Part shown: piece by piece, positions 20,488 through 30,870 of the stretch | Layout: each line of letters begins with the position of its first letter | How positions within the stretch are numbered: the stretch's first letter is position 1 | Assembly: GCA_051251915.1 (NCBI GenBank) | Contig: JBPOGF010000005.1 | Location: 96,001-160,000 of the forward strand | DNA: 64,000 bases | Source of the DNA: Akkermansiaceae bacterium | Lineage (GTDB): Bacteria > Verrucomicrobiota > Verrucomicrobiia > Verrucomicrobiales > Akkermansiaceae | Direction: 5' to 3' | Program-made: the position numbers and the translations under genes | Notes under the pieces: model-generated | Seen by the model: only the letters and a program-made list of their open reading frames with translations | What the model was told of the DNA's origin: nothing | Database searches by the model: none

Positions 20488-20823
20488 ATGGATAATAACG
20501 ATACAAATCAAAACCAAGATAGCATCAAGGATACAATGGATTCTCTCAACGAGACATTTAAGAGTGCCGCTGATGATGCAAAAAGTAAGGCAAAAGAAGC
20601 TGCTCCTAAAGTCAAAGAAGCACTCAAAAATGCAGCTCATGATATGGCATACGGAGCAGCATATGGAGCGTCGTTTGCTGGGGCACTAGCTGCAGAGTTT
20701 CTCCCGCAGGCAGTCAAAGACGGTCTTGCTGAGGGATCAAACGCAGGAAAAAATGCGGCTCAGAACACTGCTGAGAAATATAAGACTGGTGAAGCCTGTG
20801 AGGGCGAGTGTTCCGCGTCATAG
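20488..20823 (+). CDS. Hypothetical Ala-rich protein
   Basis: Low-complexity helical ORF followed by its own terminator; ATG 20488 preferred. Confidence 0.55.
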   Translation: MDNNDTNQNQDSIKDTMDSLNETFKSAADDAKSKAKEAAPKVKEALKNAAHDMAYGAAYGASFAGALAAEFLPQAVKDGLAEGSNAGKNAAQNTAEKYKTGEACEGECSAS

Positions 20824-20859
20824 ATTATCTTGTTTGTAGAACTGAGCAATAAATTCATC

Positions 20860-20905
20860 ACAGCCCGTATCCACTTAATAGGTGATCAGATACGGGCTGT
20901 TTTTA
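20860..20905 (+). terminator. Intrinsic terminator
   Basis: ACAGCCCGTATC...GATACGGGCTGT 12-bp stem followed by a T run. Confidence 0.75.
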
Positions 20906-20955
20906 TCTAGTCTAAATCACTTGCAATCGTGCTTGTGATGGATGATGCTCTAAGC

Positions 20956-21552
20956 ATGGCTATAGAAGCAGTGACTAAGATTACAGGCAGGGCTGTCCCT
21001 GTGCCCGGAGCAGATGTGGACACCGATAGAATTATCCCAGCGAGGTTTCTCAAGTGCGTGACATTTGATGATCTAGCTGAAGGCATGTTTTACGATGAGC
21101 GATTTGAAGCAGATGGATCATCCAAGCAACACCCGATTGACCAAGCGGCTTACCAAGGTGCATCTATCTTGGTAGTGGGGCCTAACTTTGGTTGTGGGTC
21201 ATCACGTGAGCATGCACCGCAGTCAATTAAACGATTTGGGTTTAAAGCAATTGTAGGGGTAAGTTATGCAGAGATATTCTTTGGGAATTCAACAAACCTG
21301 GGTATGCCTTGTGTAAGTATGAGTGAGGTAGATAATGAGAAGTTGATGCAGATGGTGGCGAGTAATCCTGATGCTGAAATGAACATTAATCTTGAGGCTC
21401 TTGAGGTAAGTTTTGCAGATACCACATTTAAAATCACAATGCCAGATGGCGCCCGTGAGGCATTAATTAGCGGAAAATGGGATGTGATTCAAGAGCTAGT
21501 GGATCATGACGATCAGATCAACGCAGTGGCGGATAGCCTAGCGTATGTATAG
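20956..21552 (+). CDS. leuD: 3-isopropylmalate dehydratase small subunit
   Basis: DVDTDRIIPARFL, NFGCGSSREHAP, SYAEIFFGN. Confidence 0.93.
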   Translation: MAIEAVTKITGRAVPVPGADVDTDRIIPARFLKCVTFDDLAEGMFYDERFEADGSSKQHPIDQAAYQGASILVVGPNFGCGSSREHAPQSIKRFGFKAIVGVSYAEIFFGNSTNLGMPCVSMSEVDNEKLMQMVASNPDAEMNINLEALEVSFADTTFKITMPDGAREALISGKWDVIQELVDHDDQINAVADSLAYV

Positions 21553-21569
21553 AGTATTTTTTAAAATTT

Positions 21570-22331
21570 ATGAGTAAAGAACCTCCATTTATAGAAGTCC
21601 GAGATCTGCACCAACGATTTGGTACTCAACATGTACTTAAGGGGGTGAATACTCATGTCAATAAAGGTGAGACTCTTGTTCTTCTTGGAGGCTCTGGTGG
21701 TGGTAAAAGCGTGCTTGTTAAACACTTCATCGGGCTACTCAGTCCTTACAGCGGTCAAGTGATTGTTAATGGCGAAGATATTTCAAATATGAATGAGCGC
21801 CAACTGGGCAAAGTCAGGCGCTCCATGGGGATGATGTTTCAAAATGGAGCTCTTTTCGACTTTATGAGTGTTGGTCAAAACATTGCATTCCCATTACGTG
21901 AACGGGGAATTAAAGATGAAGAAGAGATCAAGAAGCGCGTTCTTGAGACCTTAGAAATTGTCAAACTTCCTGGTCAAGAAAGTAAGATGCCAGCCGAGCT
22001 ATCAGGCGGAATGCGTAAGCGCGTAGCATTGGCTCGGGCTATTGTGGACCGGCCGGAATGTGTTCTTTATGATGAACCACATGCTGGACTGGATCCAATT
22101 ACAGGAGACTCTATTGATCATCTGATCAAGGACCTTCAAAATGACCATGGCATGACTAATGTCATCATCACTCACGAGATGCGTAGCGTTTTCCGTATAG
22201 CAGACAGGGTGATTTTTCTAAAACAAGGACAGATTTACTGGGAAGGCACCCCAGAAGAAATGAAAGCCAGCGGAGACCCTGAGCTCTTAGACTTTATCGA
22301 GGGAGTAGCACGTGAAGTGGTGATCTCTTAA
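21570..22331 (+). CDS. mlaF: MlaF/Mkl-type ABC transporter ATP-binding protein
   Basis: GGSGGGKS, FQNGALFD, ELSGGMRKRVALARA, LYDEPHAGLDP. Confidence 0.85.
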   Translation: MSKEPPFIEVRDLHQRFGTQHVLKGVNTHVNKGETLVLLGGSGGGKSVLVKHFIGLLSPYSGQVIVNGEDISNMNERQLGKVRRSMGMMFQNGALFDFMSVGQNIAFPLRERGIKDEEEIKKRVLETLEIVKLPGQESKMPAELSGGMRKRVALARAIVDRPECVLYDEPHAGLDPITGDSIDHLIKDLQNDHGMTNVIITHEMRSVFRIADRVIFLKQGQIYWEGTPEEMKASGDPELLDFIEGVAREVVIS

Positions 22332-22354
22332 AACAACTTACCAATCAAAATTTT

Positions 22355-23404
22355 ATGGCAATCAAAGAAAAAAGATCAGAAGCAATCGTAGGGTTATTCC
22401 TGCTCGTAGGGCTGGCGGTGCTTGGCGCTCTCGTTGTGAAATTTGGTCGTGTTGGGGAGAGCAATATGGAAGGTAGATATAGTGTAGAGATCACTTTCAA
22501 CGATGCATCTGGATTGATCAAAGGCAGCGAAATACGCATGGGTGGAGCAAGGATTGGTAAAATTACCAACACACCAGAACTCCAAGAGGATCTTAAAGTG
22601 CTCGTTCAAATGCGTCTTACTGGGAAAATTAAGATTGATAAAAATAGTTCATTTCAGATTCAGTCACTTTCTATTCTGGGAGATAAGATGATTGTTGTCT
22701 CACCTCCAGAACAGCCTAGTGGTGAATATTTAGCAGATGGTGATGTGTTAAGTGGTTCAGGAGCTGGTGGACTGGAAGCTCTACAGTCAGATGCTGAGTC
22801 AGTAGCTAGAGATGCTCGAGTACTGATGAAGGATGCTAGAACAACATTACTTAAAGTGGACTCATCACTTGATGATATACGTGCTGTTGCCGGGGGGCTT
22901 GCTGAGTCCATTGATAAGATAAATACAGACCTTCTAGATGAAAAAAGCATCACAAGTCTAAAGACTTCGATTGCTAACTTGGAGCAAGTCACCTCTAGCT
23001 TCAAAGACATAGGTGATGAAGTGAAGCCTACTTTCAACGATGTAAGAGAAGCTATCGCCAGCGTCAAATCTGCTGCGGACGCAGCGACTAAGACTTTTGA
23101 CGGTGCGAGTGTGCAGCTGAAGAATATCGAGCCAGCGCTTGCGAGTATCCCTGAGGCTGTTGGGAGTTTTCAATCTGTTGCAGCAAAAGCTGAGGGAGTC
23201 CTAGGCGAAGCTGAGAAAACAATCACCAAGATTAATAAGAGTGATGGAATGCTCAATACTCTGACAGATGATAAAGAATTTAGTAAAGACACCAAGCAGT
23301 TCGTCAAAAACCTCAAGCATTACGGCATCCTCCGATATAAAGATGACGAGACGTATGACGAAAAAGACCCCAAGGATAACCGCTATCGAGCAAGAAGAAG
23401 ATAG
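22355..23404 (+). CDS. MlaD/MCE family protein with long helical C-terminus
   Basis: N-terminal TM anchor; FNDASGLIKGSEIRMGGARIGKI, SILGDKMI. Confidence 0.85.
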   Translation: MAIKEKRSEAIVGLFLLVGLAVLGALVVKFGRVGESNMEGRYSVEITFNDASGLIKGSEIRMGGARIGKITNTPELQEDLKVLVQMRLTGKIKIDKNSSFQIQSLSILGDKMIVVSPPEQPSGEYLADGDVLSGSGAGGLEALQSDAESVARDARVLMKDARTTLLKVDSSLDDIRAVAGGLAESIDKINTDLLDEKSITSLKTSIANLEQVTSSFKDIGDEVKPTFNDVREAIASVKSAADAATKTFDGASVQLKNIEPALASIPEAVGSFQSVAAKAEGVLGEAEKTITKINKSDGMLNTLTDDKEFSKDTKQFVKNLKHYGILRYKDDETYDEKDPKDNRYRARRR

Positions 23405-23419
23405 ACTAAAACAATCAAC

Positions 23420-24481
23420 ATGGATCTCATAGAAACACTTTGTAGAGTAGCTTTAGAAAATGGGGCGGAAGATCTCTATTTAAAACAAAGCGGAACGCCA
23501 AGACTCAGGATCAAAGGTGATCTGATAGAGATTGAGGATACTATTTTCAGTGAGGACGACATGGAGCGATTTCTCGATAAATGTGGCTATGACGAGTCAC
23601 CGACCAAGGAGGCGGATCTAGCATGGGAAAATGCGGCAGGTCAGAGATTCAGAGTGAATGTTTTTGACTCACTTGGAACCCGCTGCGCTGTACTCAGGCC
23701 ACTCAGAGAAGTGACTCAAAGCATGATGGCCTTAGGCTTGCCAGTGGAGAGAATTCAAAATTGGCTGAGTAGAAACCACGGGCTGATCCTTTTTACAGGA
23801 GCGACTGGCAGTGGGAAATCCACTAGCCTTGCGAGTTGTTTAAGCTGGGTTAGTAGGAAGTTTAAAAAGCACATTATTACCGTTGAAGACCCAGTGGAAT
23901 ATTTGCTGAAGAGCGACCAATCACTCGTTTCTCAGCGTCAAGTAGGCACCGATACTGCGTCATTCCATGATGGTCTCCGCGCGGCACTCAGACAGAGTCC
24001 AGATGTTATATTCGTAGGTGAAATACGAGACTACGAGACAGCAAAGTCAGCGCTCCACGCCTGTGAAACTGGGCATTTAGTTGTCTCTACATTGCATTCT
24101 AGTAATGTGGCTGAGACAGTCCAACGTATACTGATGCTCTTCCCTGCAGAAGAACGTGAAGGAGCTCTGCATGTTATTAGCCGTCAACTGCTAGGGATTA
24201 TCAGTCAAAAACTTGTTCCTGGAGAAGATGGTAACTTACACCTTTTACTAGAACATTTAGAGAATGCAGGGGCAGTTAAAAAATGGTTAGAGAATGCCGA
24301 GATTAACAAGATTTCTGATTTCCTGGCACAGGGCAGCCAAGGCGAAAACGTGACGTTTATCAATTCCATCATACTCGCTTTCAAATCTGGTCAAATCAGT
24401 GAGGACACCGCCAGAAATGCCTGTGATGATCCTGCTGACTTTAACCGCATCATGTTAGGAGTTAGCCACGGCTCGCGCTAA
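23420..24481 (+). CDS. PilT/PilU-family type IV pilus ATPase
   Basis: TGATGSGKST, TVEDPVEY, ALRQSPDVIFVGEIRD, ETGHLVVSTLH. Confidence 0.9.
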   Translation: MDLIETLCRVALENGAEDLYLKQSGTPRLRIKGDLIEIEDTIFSEDDMERFLDKCGYDESPTKEADLAWENAAGQRFRVNVFDSLGTRCAVLRPLREVTQSMMALGLPVERIQNWLSRNHGLILFTGATGSGKSTSLASCLSWVSRKFKKHIITVEDPVEYLLKSDQSLVSQRQVGTDTASFHDGLRAALRQSPDVIFVGEIRDYETAKSALHACETGHLVVSTLHSSNVAETVQRILMLFPAEEREGALHVISRQLLGIISQKLVPGEDGNLHLLLEHLENAGAVKKWLENAEINKISDFLAQGSQGENVTFINSIILAFKSGQISEDTARNACDDPADFNRIMLGVSHGSR

Positions 24482-24493
24482 AATATTAGCTTT

Positions 24494-25591
24494 ATGGATA
24501 GAACGATCGTAGATTACTTGCATGCACTCGTAAGAGCTGAAGGCTCAGACCTCCACCTTAGTGTTGGCATGGCGCCTTCGCTTAGAGTCGCGGGTGAAGT
24601 TCGGCAACTCAAGGCGGACACATTAACAGAAGAGAGTCTCTACGGATTACTCATGAGTATTTTGACCGATAGTCAACGTGCTAAACTGGAGGAAAACTTA
24701 GAGTTAGATTTCGCTCTAAATATCGACAATGTAGGCCGATTTCGTGGAAATGCTCATTACATTCGAGGTGCAGTTGAGGCTACCTTCCGACATATTCTAG
24801 ACGTTATCCCCACGCTCGATGAGCTAGGACATAAACGCATTCTTAAGCAGCTTTCTCACATGAAGGACGGACTTGTCCTCATCACTGGGGTCACGGGGTC
24901 TGGCAAGTCTTCCACGTTAGCCGCGATGGTGAACCTCATTTCTCAGCAGAAGAAAGGTGTTATTATCACTGTAGAAGATCCCATCGAATACGTTTTTTCT
25001 CATGGAAAAAGCGTGGTCAAGCAACGCGAAGTTGGAGCAGATACTCACACCTTCGGGGCTGCATTAAAATATGCACTTAGACAAGATCCAGACGTTATCA
25101 TGGTGTCTGAGCTGCGAGACATGGAGACAATCCAGGCAGCTATAACGGCTGCCGAGACCGGCCACCTCGTCCTCGGCACACTTCATACTATCGATGCCCC
25201 TCGCTCGCTGGATAGACTCATAGACGTCTTTCCATCTAGGCAGCAAAGCCAGATAATAGCACAGCTAGCGAACTGCCTCAGAGCAGTCGTTTCTCAACGA
25301 CTCATCAAGACCGTTAAGTCTGAGCGACGCGTGCTTGCAGAAGAAGTCATGTTGGTGAATCAGCCGATCCGAAATTGCATTCGCGAGAGGAAATTTGAGC
25401 AGATTGATGGCCTCATCGAGATTGGCGGAAAAGATGGTATGTTCACTATCGACCACCATTTAGTCGAGCTCCTTAGAAAGGAGAAAATAACCGTAGATGA
25501 AGCATACAACGCTAGCCGTGATAACACCGTTATAGATTCCTATATTAAGGAAAAAAAGCTCAGGGAATTGAGCCAAAATGAGGGTAGTTAA
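24494..25591 (+). CDS. pilT: PilT-family type IV pilus retraction ATPase
   Basis: GSDLHL, TGVTGSGKSST, EDPIEY, ALRQDPDVI, AAETGHLVLGTLHT, PIRNCIRE (AIRNLIRE-like). Confidence 0.9.
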   Translation: MDRTIVDYLHALVRAEGSDLHLSVGMAPSLRVAGEVRQLKADTLTEESLYGLLMSILTDSQRAKLEENLELDFALNIDNVGRFRGNAHYIRGAVEATFRHILDVIPTLDELGHKRILKQLSHMKDGLVLITGVTGSGKSSTLAAMVNLISQQKKGVIITVEDPIEYVFSHGKSVVKQREVGADTHTFGAALKYALRQDPDVIMVSELRDMETIQAAITAAETGHLVLGTLHTIDAPRSLDRLIDVFPSRQQSQIIAQLANCLRAVVSQRLIKTVKSERRVLAEEVMLVNQPIRNCIRERKFEQIDGLIEIGGKDGMFTIDHHLVELLRKEKITVDEAYNASRDNTVIDSYIKEKKLRELSQNEGS

Positions 25592-25642
25592 AAAGAAGAA
25601 ACCCACAGGCTGTTGTAGCAACCTGTGGGTTTAAGTTTTTTG
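25592..25642. terminator. Bidirectional intrinsic terminator
   Basis: AAACCCACAGG-N12-CCTGTGGGTTT with A-rich left and T-rich right flanks. Confidence 0.8.
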
Positions 25643-25777
25643 TTCCCCAAATGAATAATCAAAAAATATAATGACCTTCACTAGATACAGACCCTTGTGT
25701 TCAGGATTTGTTCAAAGAAAAGTTAATAAAATTGAAAATTGTTCATAACTTATTCATAATGAGTTGAAATAATGATG

Positions 25778-26659
25778 CTATTTACCCATGGAATCACCCA
25801 TTTTTGCATAAAGTTCCTGTTGTTTTACAGAATTTTCCAGTAAATCAGCATCTAAAGTCACTCGACCTTTCTGGAAAATAGTAATTGTGGAGGAACCTCC
25901 AAAGGAGAAATACCCCTTTTCCGCCCCTTTTTCCACTGTTTCACCTGGTGTATAAGTCTGGTGGATTGATCCAACACAAGTGGCTCCTATTTCCATGATT
26001 AGCACCTTGCCGTGATTAGGCGTTTCCAGAACGGTACGGGATCTTTTATTCTGCCACATGTAATCTAAATTTTGTCTTAGTGCGATAGGGGACACTGAGA
26101 AGAGCGGACCGTTGACCATTACGGTCTCGCCTGGCACACCAGCTAGAGGGAAATGATATCGGTGATAATCTACTGGGCATAGACGAGATAAAACCAATGA
26201 CCCACCAGTAAACTCCTGATAGAGTGCATCATCGCCTATCAGTTTGCGTAGATCCCATTTCTGACCTTTCACGAAGACTCCTGCGACATCCTCCGCATTC
26301 TCAAACCCCAAGTGCCGACCATCAGCTGGAAAAACCACCGCGGCATCTGAGATGGGGCGTGCAGTTGGCTTTAGCTTTCGATAGAAAAATGCGTTAAAGT
26401 GCTGATAGCTCTCTGCATCATCCAGAAAATCCTCTACTTCCATCGCATAGTCTACAATGAAAGGAGCGACCTTTTCCTTTGTCTTAGGATCATCCATTCG
26501 TCTTCCGTACCATTTACTAAAAAACGGACGTTTGATGAAACTATGCAGAGCAATTTTCCCTAGAGGGTTAACATATGCCCACTTCAGAAATCCCTCTCCG
26601 TAGACCTGTTCAGTCTCTAGTTCACCTGTGTATCTGTTTAAATAAGTAATTGGCTTCAC
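25778..26659 (-). CDS. psd: Phosphatidylserine decarboxylase
   Basis: FNAFFYRKLK, FPADGR, RLCPVDYHRYHFP, EIGATCVGSI, FGGSS self-cleavage motif; GTG 26659 preferred. Confidence 0.92.
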   Translation of the reverse strand: MKPITYLNRYTGELETEQVYGEGFLKWAYVNPLGKIALHSFIKRPFFSKWYGRRMDDPKTKEKVAPFIVDYAMEVEDFLDDAESYQHFNAFFYRKLKPTARPISDAAVVFPADGRHLGFENAEDVAGVFVKGQKWDLRKLIGDDALYQEFTGGSLVLSRLCPVDYHRYHFPLAGVPGETVMVNGPLFSVSPIALRQNLDYMWQNKRSRTVLETPNHGKVLIMEIGATCVGSIHQTYTPGETVEKGAEKGYFSFGGSSTITIFQKGRVTLDADLLENSVKQQELYAKMGDSMGK

Positions 26660-26814
26660 ACAGCAATTCCTGCTTGGATTCCCCGCTATTGTCAACCTCC
26701 TAAAAAAAGGGGTGAAAAAAATAACATTCACTCTTGCACTACCATCGATTTATTACCCATGATGACTTTAACAAGATTTTAGCAACACCTACCAAAAAAA
26801 ACACCACACACACT

Positions 26815-27228
26815 ATGGCTACCTGGGGAACAAAAACATTTGAAGACGACACCGCTACAGACTGGCTCGCAGAGCTCATCGATGCTGAAGAATCACGCGA
26901 GTTCCTCTTGGCAAATATCACTCTAGCTGATGATGAAGAAGAGCCTGGATATGACACTGGAGTCATCTGTCTCGCAGCCTGTGAGATCATCATCGCACTG
27001 ATTGATGAACCTCGCAAAGGGCTGCCAGAAGAGCTCAAGGACTGGTTAGCCGATAATGAGTGTGATGACATCACTGATCTTCCAGAAAAGGCTCTAGAGT
27101 CACTAAACATTGTCCTCAGTGATAGCTCAGAACTTATGGAAACTTGGAAAGAGCAAGAAGACTATGATGAATGGCGCGAAGGTGTAGATGAGCTTGCCGA
27201 AATCATGGAGCAACTCGTCCAAGCCTAA
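26815..27228 (+). CDS. DUF4259-like acidic protein
   Basis: MATWGTKTFEDDTATDW...SELMETW pattern. Confidence 0.75.
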   Translation: MATWGTKTFEDDTATDWLAELIDAEESREFLLANITLADDEEEPGYDTGVICLAACEIIIALIDEPRKGLPEELKDWLADNECDDITDLPEKALESLNIVLSDSSELMETWKEQEDYDEWREGVDELAEIMEQLVQA

Positions 27229-27300
27229 CCTGTATTAATTATTTATTAAGCAAGGTTAACTTTTTCTTCCTCTCTAAGAAATAAAATGTTTCTCTGAGTC

Positions 27301-28563
27301 ATGAGAGAACAGTTACTAGCCCATCCTGTGTTCAAGATGGCATCCGAGCAGTTCGAGCGTTCTGCGGATTTCCTTCAGTTATCAGACGAAGTTAGAGAGC
27401 GTTGTAAATGGCCCAAGCGGCTAATCACCTGTACTATCCCCATCAAGCGGGATAATGGAGATACAGAAGTCTACTTCGGCTATCGTGTTCAGCATCATTT
27501 GTCACGTGGTCCAGTCAAAGGTGGGCTCAGATATCACCCTAATGTAGACATTGGAGAAGTGGCCGCATTAGCCATGTGGATGAACTGGAAATGTGCTCTC
27601 ATGGGGCTTCCGTTCGGTGGTGGTAAAGGCGGCGTCACTTGTGACCCTAGCACGATGAGCCAACATGAGCTAGAAAATGTCACTAGAAGATTCACTGCCG
27701 AGATGCTCCCATTCATCGGCCCTGAGACTGATGTCATGGCGCCAGACATGGGGACTAATGAGCAGACGATGGCGTGGATAACGGACGTTTACGCCACACA
27801 TGCTGGGCACCTTGTACCTGGAATAGTAACTGGGAAACCTGTTATTCTTCAGGGCTCAGAAGGCCGCACTAGGGCTACTGGGCATGGCGTAGCTTTTCTC
27901 GCAGCACGTGCTCTTCAACTGTGTGAAATTGACTATGAAGTTGCCACAGCTGTTGTTCAGGGATTCGGGAATGTAGGTTCTCATGCAGCCCGGACTATTG
28001 CTAGCTACGGAGTTAAAGTGATTGCCGTTTCAGACGTCTCTGGAGCGATTCACTCAGAAGACGGTATCAACATAGACGCCCTTATAGCTCATGTGAAAGA
28101 TACCGGAGGGGTGAAAAATTTCCCTGGAACGTCTCCGATAGATCCTAATGAGATGCTTCTGTTAGAGTGTAGTGTTCTCATGCCAGCGGCATTGGAGCGA
28201 GTCATCACCGAGGATAATGCAGCAGACCTAAAATGCAAAGTCCTAGCAGAAGGAGCTAACGGACCAACCACACCAAATGCTGACGCTATCATTGAGAAAC
28301 GAGGCGACATCTTTCTCATCCCGGACATCTTATGTAATGCGGGAGGTGTAACAGTGTCCTATTTCGAGTGGGTGCAGAATCTTCAGCGCTTTCAGTGGAG
28401 TGAACAGGAGGTGATCTCCAAGCTCGACACCATGCTAGCGACGGCCTTTGATAAGGTGATTAATTTTGCTAAGTACAATGATTTGCCAAATCGAGTCGCC
28501 GCATTATCCTTAGGCATTAAAGAAGTTGCGGATGTAAAAGCGCAGCGCGGTCTCTATCCATAA
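27301..28563 (+). CDS. gdhA: Glu/Leu/Phe/Val dehydrogenase, probably glutamate dehydrogenase
   Basis: GPVKGGLRYHP, LPFGGGKGG, APDMGT, QGFGNVG, EGANGP, NAGGVTVSYFEWVQN. Confidence 0.9.
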   Translation: MREQLLAHPVFKMASEQFERSADFLQLSDEVRERCKWPKRLITCTIPIKRDNGDTEVYFGYRVQHHLSRGPVKGGLRYHPNVDIGEVAALAMWMNWKCALMGLPFGGGKGGVTCDPSTMSQHELENVTRRFTAEMLPFIGPETDVMAPDMGTNEQTMAWITDVYATHAGHLVPGIVTGKPVILQGSEGRTRATGHGVAFLAARALQLCEIDYEVATAVVQGFGNVGSHAARTIASYGVKVIAVSDVSGAIHSEDGINIDALIAHVKDTGGVKNFPGTSPIDPNEMLLLECSVLMPAALERVITEDNAADLKCKVLAEGANGPTTPNADAIIEKRGDIFLIPDILCNAGGVTVSYFEWVQNLQRFQWSEQEVISKLDTMLATAFDKVINFAKYNDLPNRVAALSLGIKEVADVKAQRGLYP

Positions 28564-28572
28564 AATAACTAT

Positions 28573-29562
28573 ATGAATCACCAGTCTGTAACATTTAACG
28601 AGTTCGGCTCACCAGCCGAGGTCCTCCACTACGCCACCGAAGAAAAACTTACCACTACGCCTCTAAAATCTGGTGAAGTTCGGGTGAAAATGCAGTTTTC
28701 ACCGATTAATCCTGCAGATATCAACTACATCCAAGGTAACTACGGAATCCGACCTGAGCTACCAGCCGTTCCAGGCGTAGAATCTTCAGGTATCATCACT
28801 GAGTCTAGCTCAGAGGGTGTTTCGGTAGGTGATCTGGTCATCTTCATCACCCGAGTAGGAACTTGGCAGAGTGAAGTCATCTGTGGAGCTGAAGAAGTCA
28901 TTGTGATCCCTAGTATCCCCGCAGAACAAGCGGCGATGCTCAAAGTGAATCCTCTCACGGCACTCTGTCTGTTAGAAAACTATGTGAGTCTAACAGAAGG
29001 AGACTACATCATACAGAATGCCGCCAACTCTGGAGTAGGCCAGTGCGTAATTCAGATAGCCAAGCAGCTAGGTATTAAGACCATTAACCTCGTGAGAAGA
29101 GATGAACTTATTCCGGAGTTGTTAGAACTAGGAGCGGATCATGTTCTGTTAGATAATACCTTTGTTGTAGAGCAAGTAAGAGAAATCTGTGGAGAGAATC
29201 TGCCTAAGCTTGCTTGTAATGCCGTAGGTGGAGATAGTGCGCTTCGCCTGATGGATGCCATAGCGGAGCAAGGCCAGCATATCACTTTTGGAGCTATGTC
29301 AATGCGTAGCCTCAAAGTGCCTAACAAATTCCTCATCTTCAAACGTATTCAGCTCCATGGTCTCTGGGTTACTAAGTGGATCGAAGAAAACGATCATGCT
29401 ACAGTCTCAGCTGCTTATCAACGCCTCGCAACATGGGTTGCAAAAGGTCAGTTAAGTCAAGCCATCGATACCATCTACAAGCCTCAGGACATCATCCCAG
29501 CTATTAAGCACGCTACTCAGGATAAGCGTGATGGGAAAATTCTCTTAGACTTTACTGAATAG
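28573..29562 (+). CDS. MDR-family 2-enoyl thioester reductase (MECR/ETR-like)
   Basis: SPINPADINYIQGNY, AAMLKVNPLTA, IQNAANSGVG. Confidence 0.85.
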   Translation: MNHQSVTFNEFGSPAEVLHYATEEKLTTTPLKSGEVRVKMQFSPINPADINYIQGNYGIRPELPAVPGVESSGIITESSSEGVSVGDLVIFITRVGTWQSEVICGAEEVIVIPSIPAEQAAMLKVNPLTALCLLENYVSLTEGDYIIQNAANSGVGQCVIQIAKQLGIKTINLVRRDELIPELLELGADHVLLDNTFVVEQVREICGENLPKLACNAVGGDSALRLMDAIAEQGQHITFGAMSMRSLKVPNKFLIFKRIQLHGLWVTKWIEENDHATVSAAYQRLATWVAKGQLSQAIDTIYKPQDIIPAIKHATQDKRDGKILLDFTE

Positions 29563-29572
29563 GGGATGATTA

Positions 29573-30631
29573 ATGAGCAATGAGCGCAAGATTATCCACG
29601 TTGACATGGACTGCTTCTTTGCTGCCATAGAGCAGCGAGAAAATCCTGCGCTGAGAGGTAAACCCATCGCTGTGGGAGGTGATGGTAGACGAGGTGTTCT
29701 TTGCACCGCAAGCTACGAAGCGCGCAAGTTTGGTTGTCGGTCAGCTATGCCTGGTTTCAAGGCGCTAGAGCTCTGCCCGCAGCTTATTATTGTTCCTGTT
29801 AGATTTGAACTCTATCAGCAAGCGTCAAACAAAGTTAGGGCAATATTTGGCAGGTTCACCGAGCTCATCGAGCCGCTTTCTTTAGACGAAGCTTACCTTG
29901 ATGTTAGCCATTGGAAAAGTGATGCCGGTGCCATCGCTCGGGAAATACGCGCTCAGATCTACGAAGAAACCCAGCTCACCGCTAGTGCAGGGATTTCATC
30001 TAACAAACTCATCGCCAAGATAGCTTCAGACTGGCAGAAACCGAACGGACAACACCAAATCAAGCCAGAAGAAATACCAGCATTCATGGAAAACTTACCT
30101 GTAGCTAAGCTCTGGGGAGTGGGGAAAAAGATGCAGCAAAAACTTACCTCTGCCAATATCCACACTTGTGGCGATATGCAGAAGCTGGATAAACTCACGA
30201 TGGCAAAAAACTATGGCAAATGGGGGCTAGAACTATACGACCTTTGCCGAGGAATAGACACGAGAGAAGTCCAGACTAGCCGTATTAGAAAATCGATCGG
30301 TAAAGAAATCACCTTCGATGAAGACATCAATCGTGTCCAGGACCTCTTCGCTGATTTAGAGAAAATGTTAGAATCAGTTAGGGAAATACATCAAGATCGC
30401 TACAGAGACAGAATTATCAAATCCACCGTCGTCAAACTCAAATTTGCAGACTTTACTGGAACCACGATAGAGCGAGCCACGGAGAAACCTAGCATGGAAC
30501 TCGCCAGAGAATTACTTTTAGAAGGCTGGTCCCGAGGAGGGCAAAAATCTGTCCGCCTACTCGGGATAGGACTCAAGCTAGCCGATCCAGAACCTCAAAC
30601 ACAGCCTCAGTTAGAACTAGGAATGGAGTGA
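29573..30631 (+). CDS. dinB: DNA polymerase IV
   Basis: IIHVDMDCFFAAIE, ASYEARKFG, SLDEAYLD, AKIASD..KPNG. Confidence 0.95.
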   Translation: MSNERKIIHVDMDCFFAAIEQRENPALRGKPIAVGGDGRRGVLCTASYEARKFGCRSAMPGFKALELCPQLIIVPVRFELYQQASNKVRAIFGRFTELIEPLSLDEAYLDVSHWKSDAGAIAREIRAQIYEETQLTASAGISSNKLIAKIASDWQKPNGQHQIKPEEIPAFMENLPVAKLWGVGKKMQQKLTSANIHTCGDMQKLDKLTMAKNYGKWGLELYDLCRGIDTREVQTSRIRKSIGKEITFDEDINRVQDLFADLEKMLESVREIHQDRYRDRIIKSTVVKLKFADFTGTTIERATEKPSMELARELLLEGWSRGGQKSVRLLGIGLKLADPEPQTQPQLELGME

Positions 30632-30870
30632 AGCTGATGTGGAGAAAGGTGAATCTTTAAATATATTAATACGGTAATGTTTTAGGCGGCGTATTTAATT
30701 GAGCTACTATGAAGTATTTCTTCTGTCGTTCTGGACTTTTTTGAGCCTTCTCATTTGAGTTTTCGCTTGAGCTTTGAATTAACTATCTCGTCTACTAGAG
30801 GGTCGTCTGAGATAACTCAGCCTTTAAATCTCGATTCAAATATTCGTCAGGGTTTAGATCTGGGCTGTAG

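Noticed and set aside
27229..29572. LexA box for dinB
   Set aside because: No TGTTC-N4-GAACA seen in the gaps before gdh or dinB; dinB appears to be the last gene of an operon.
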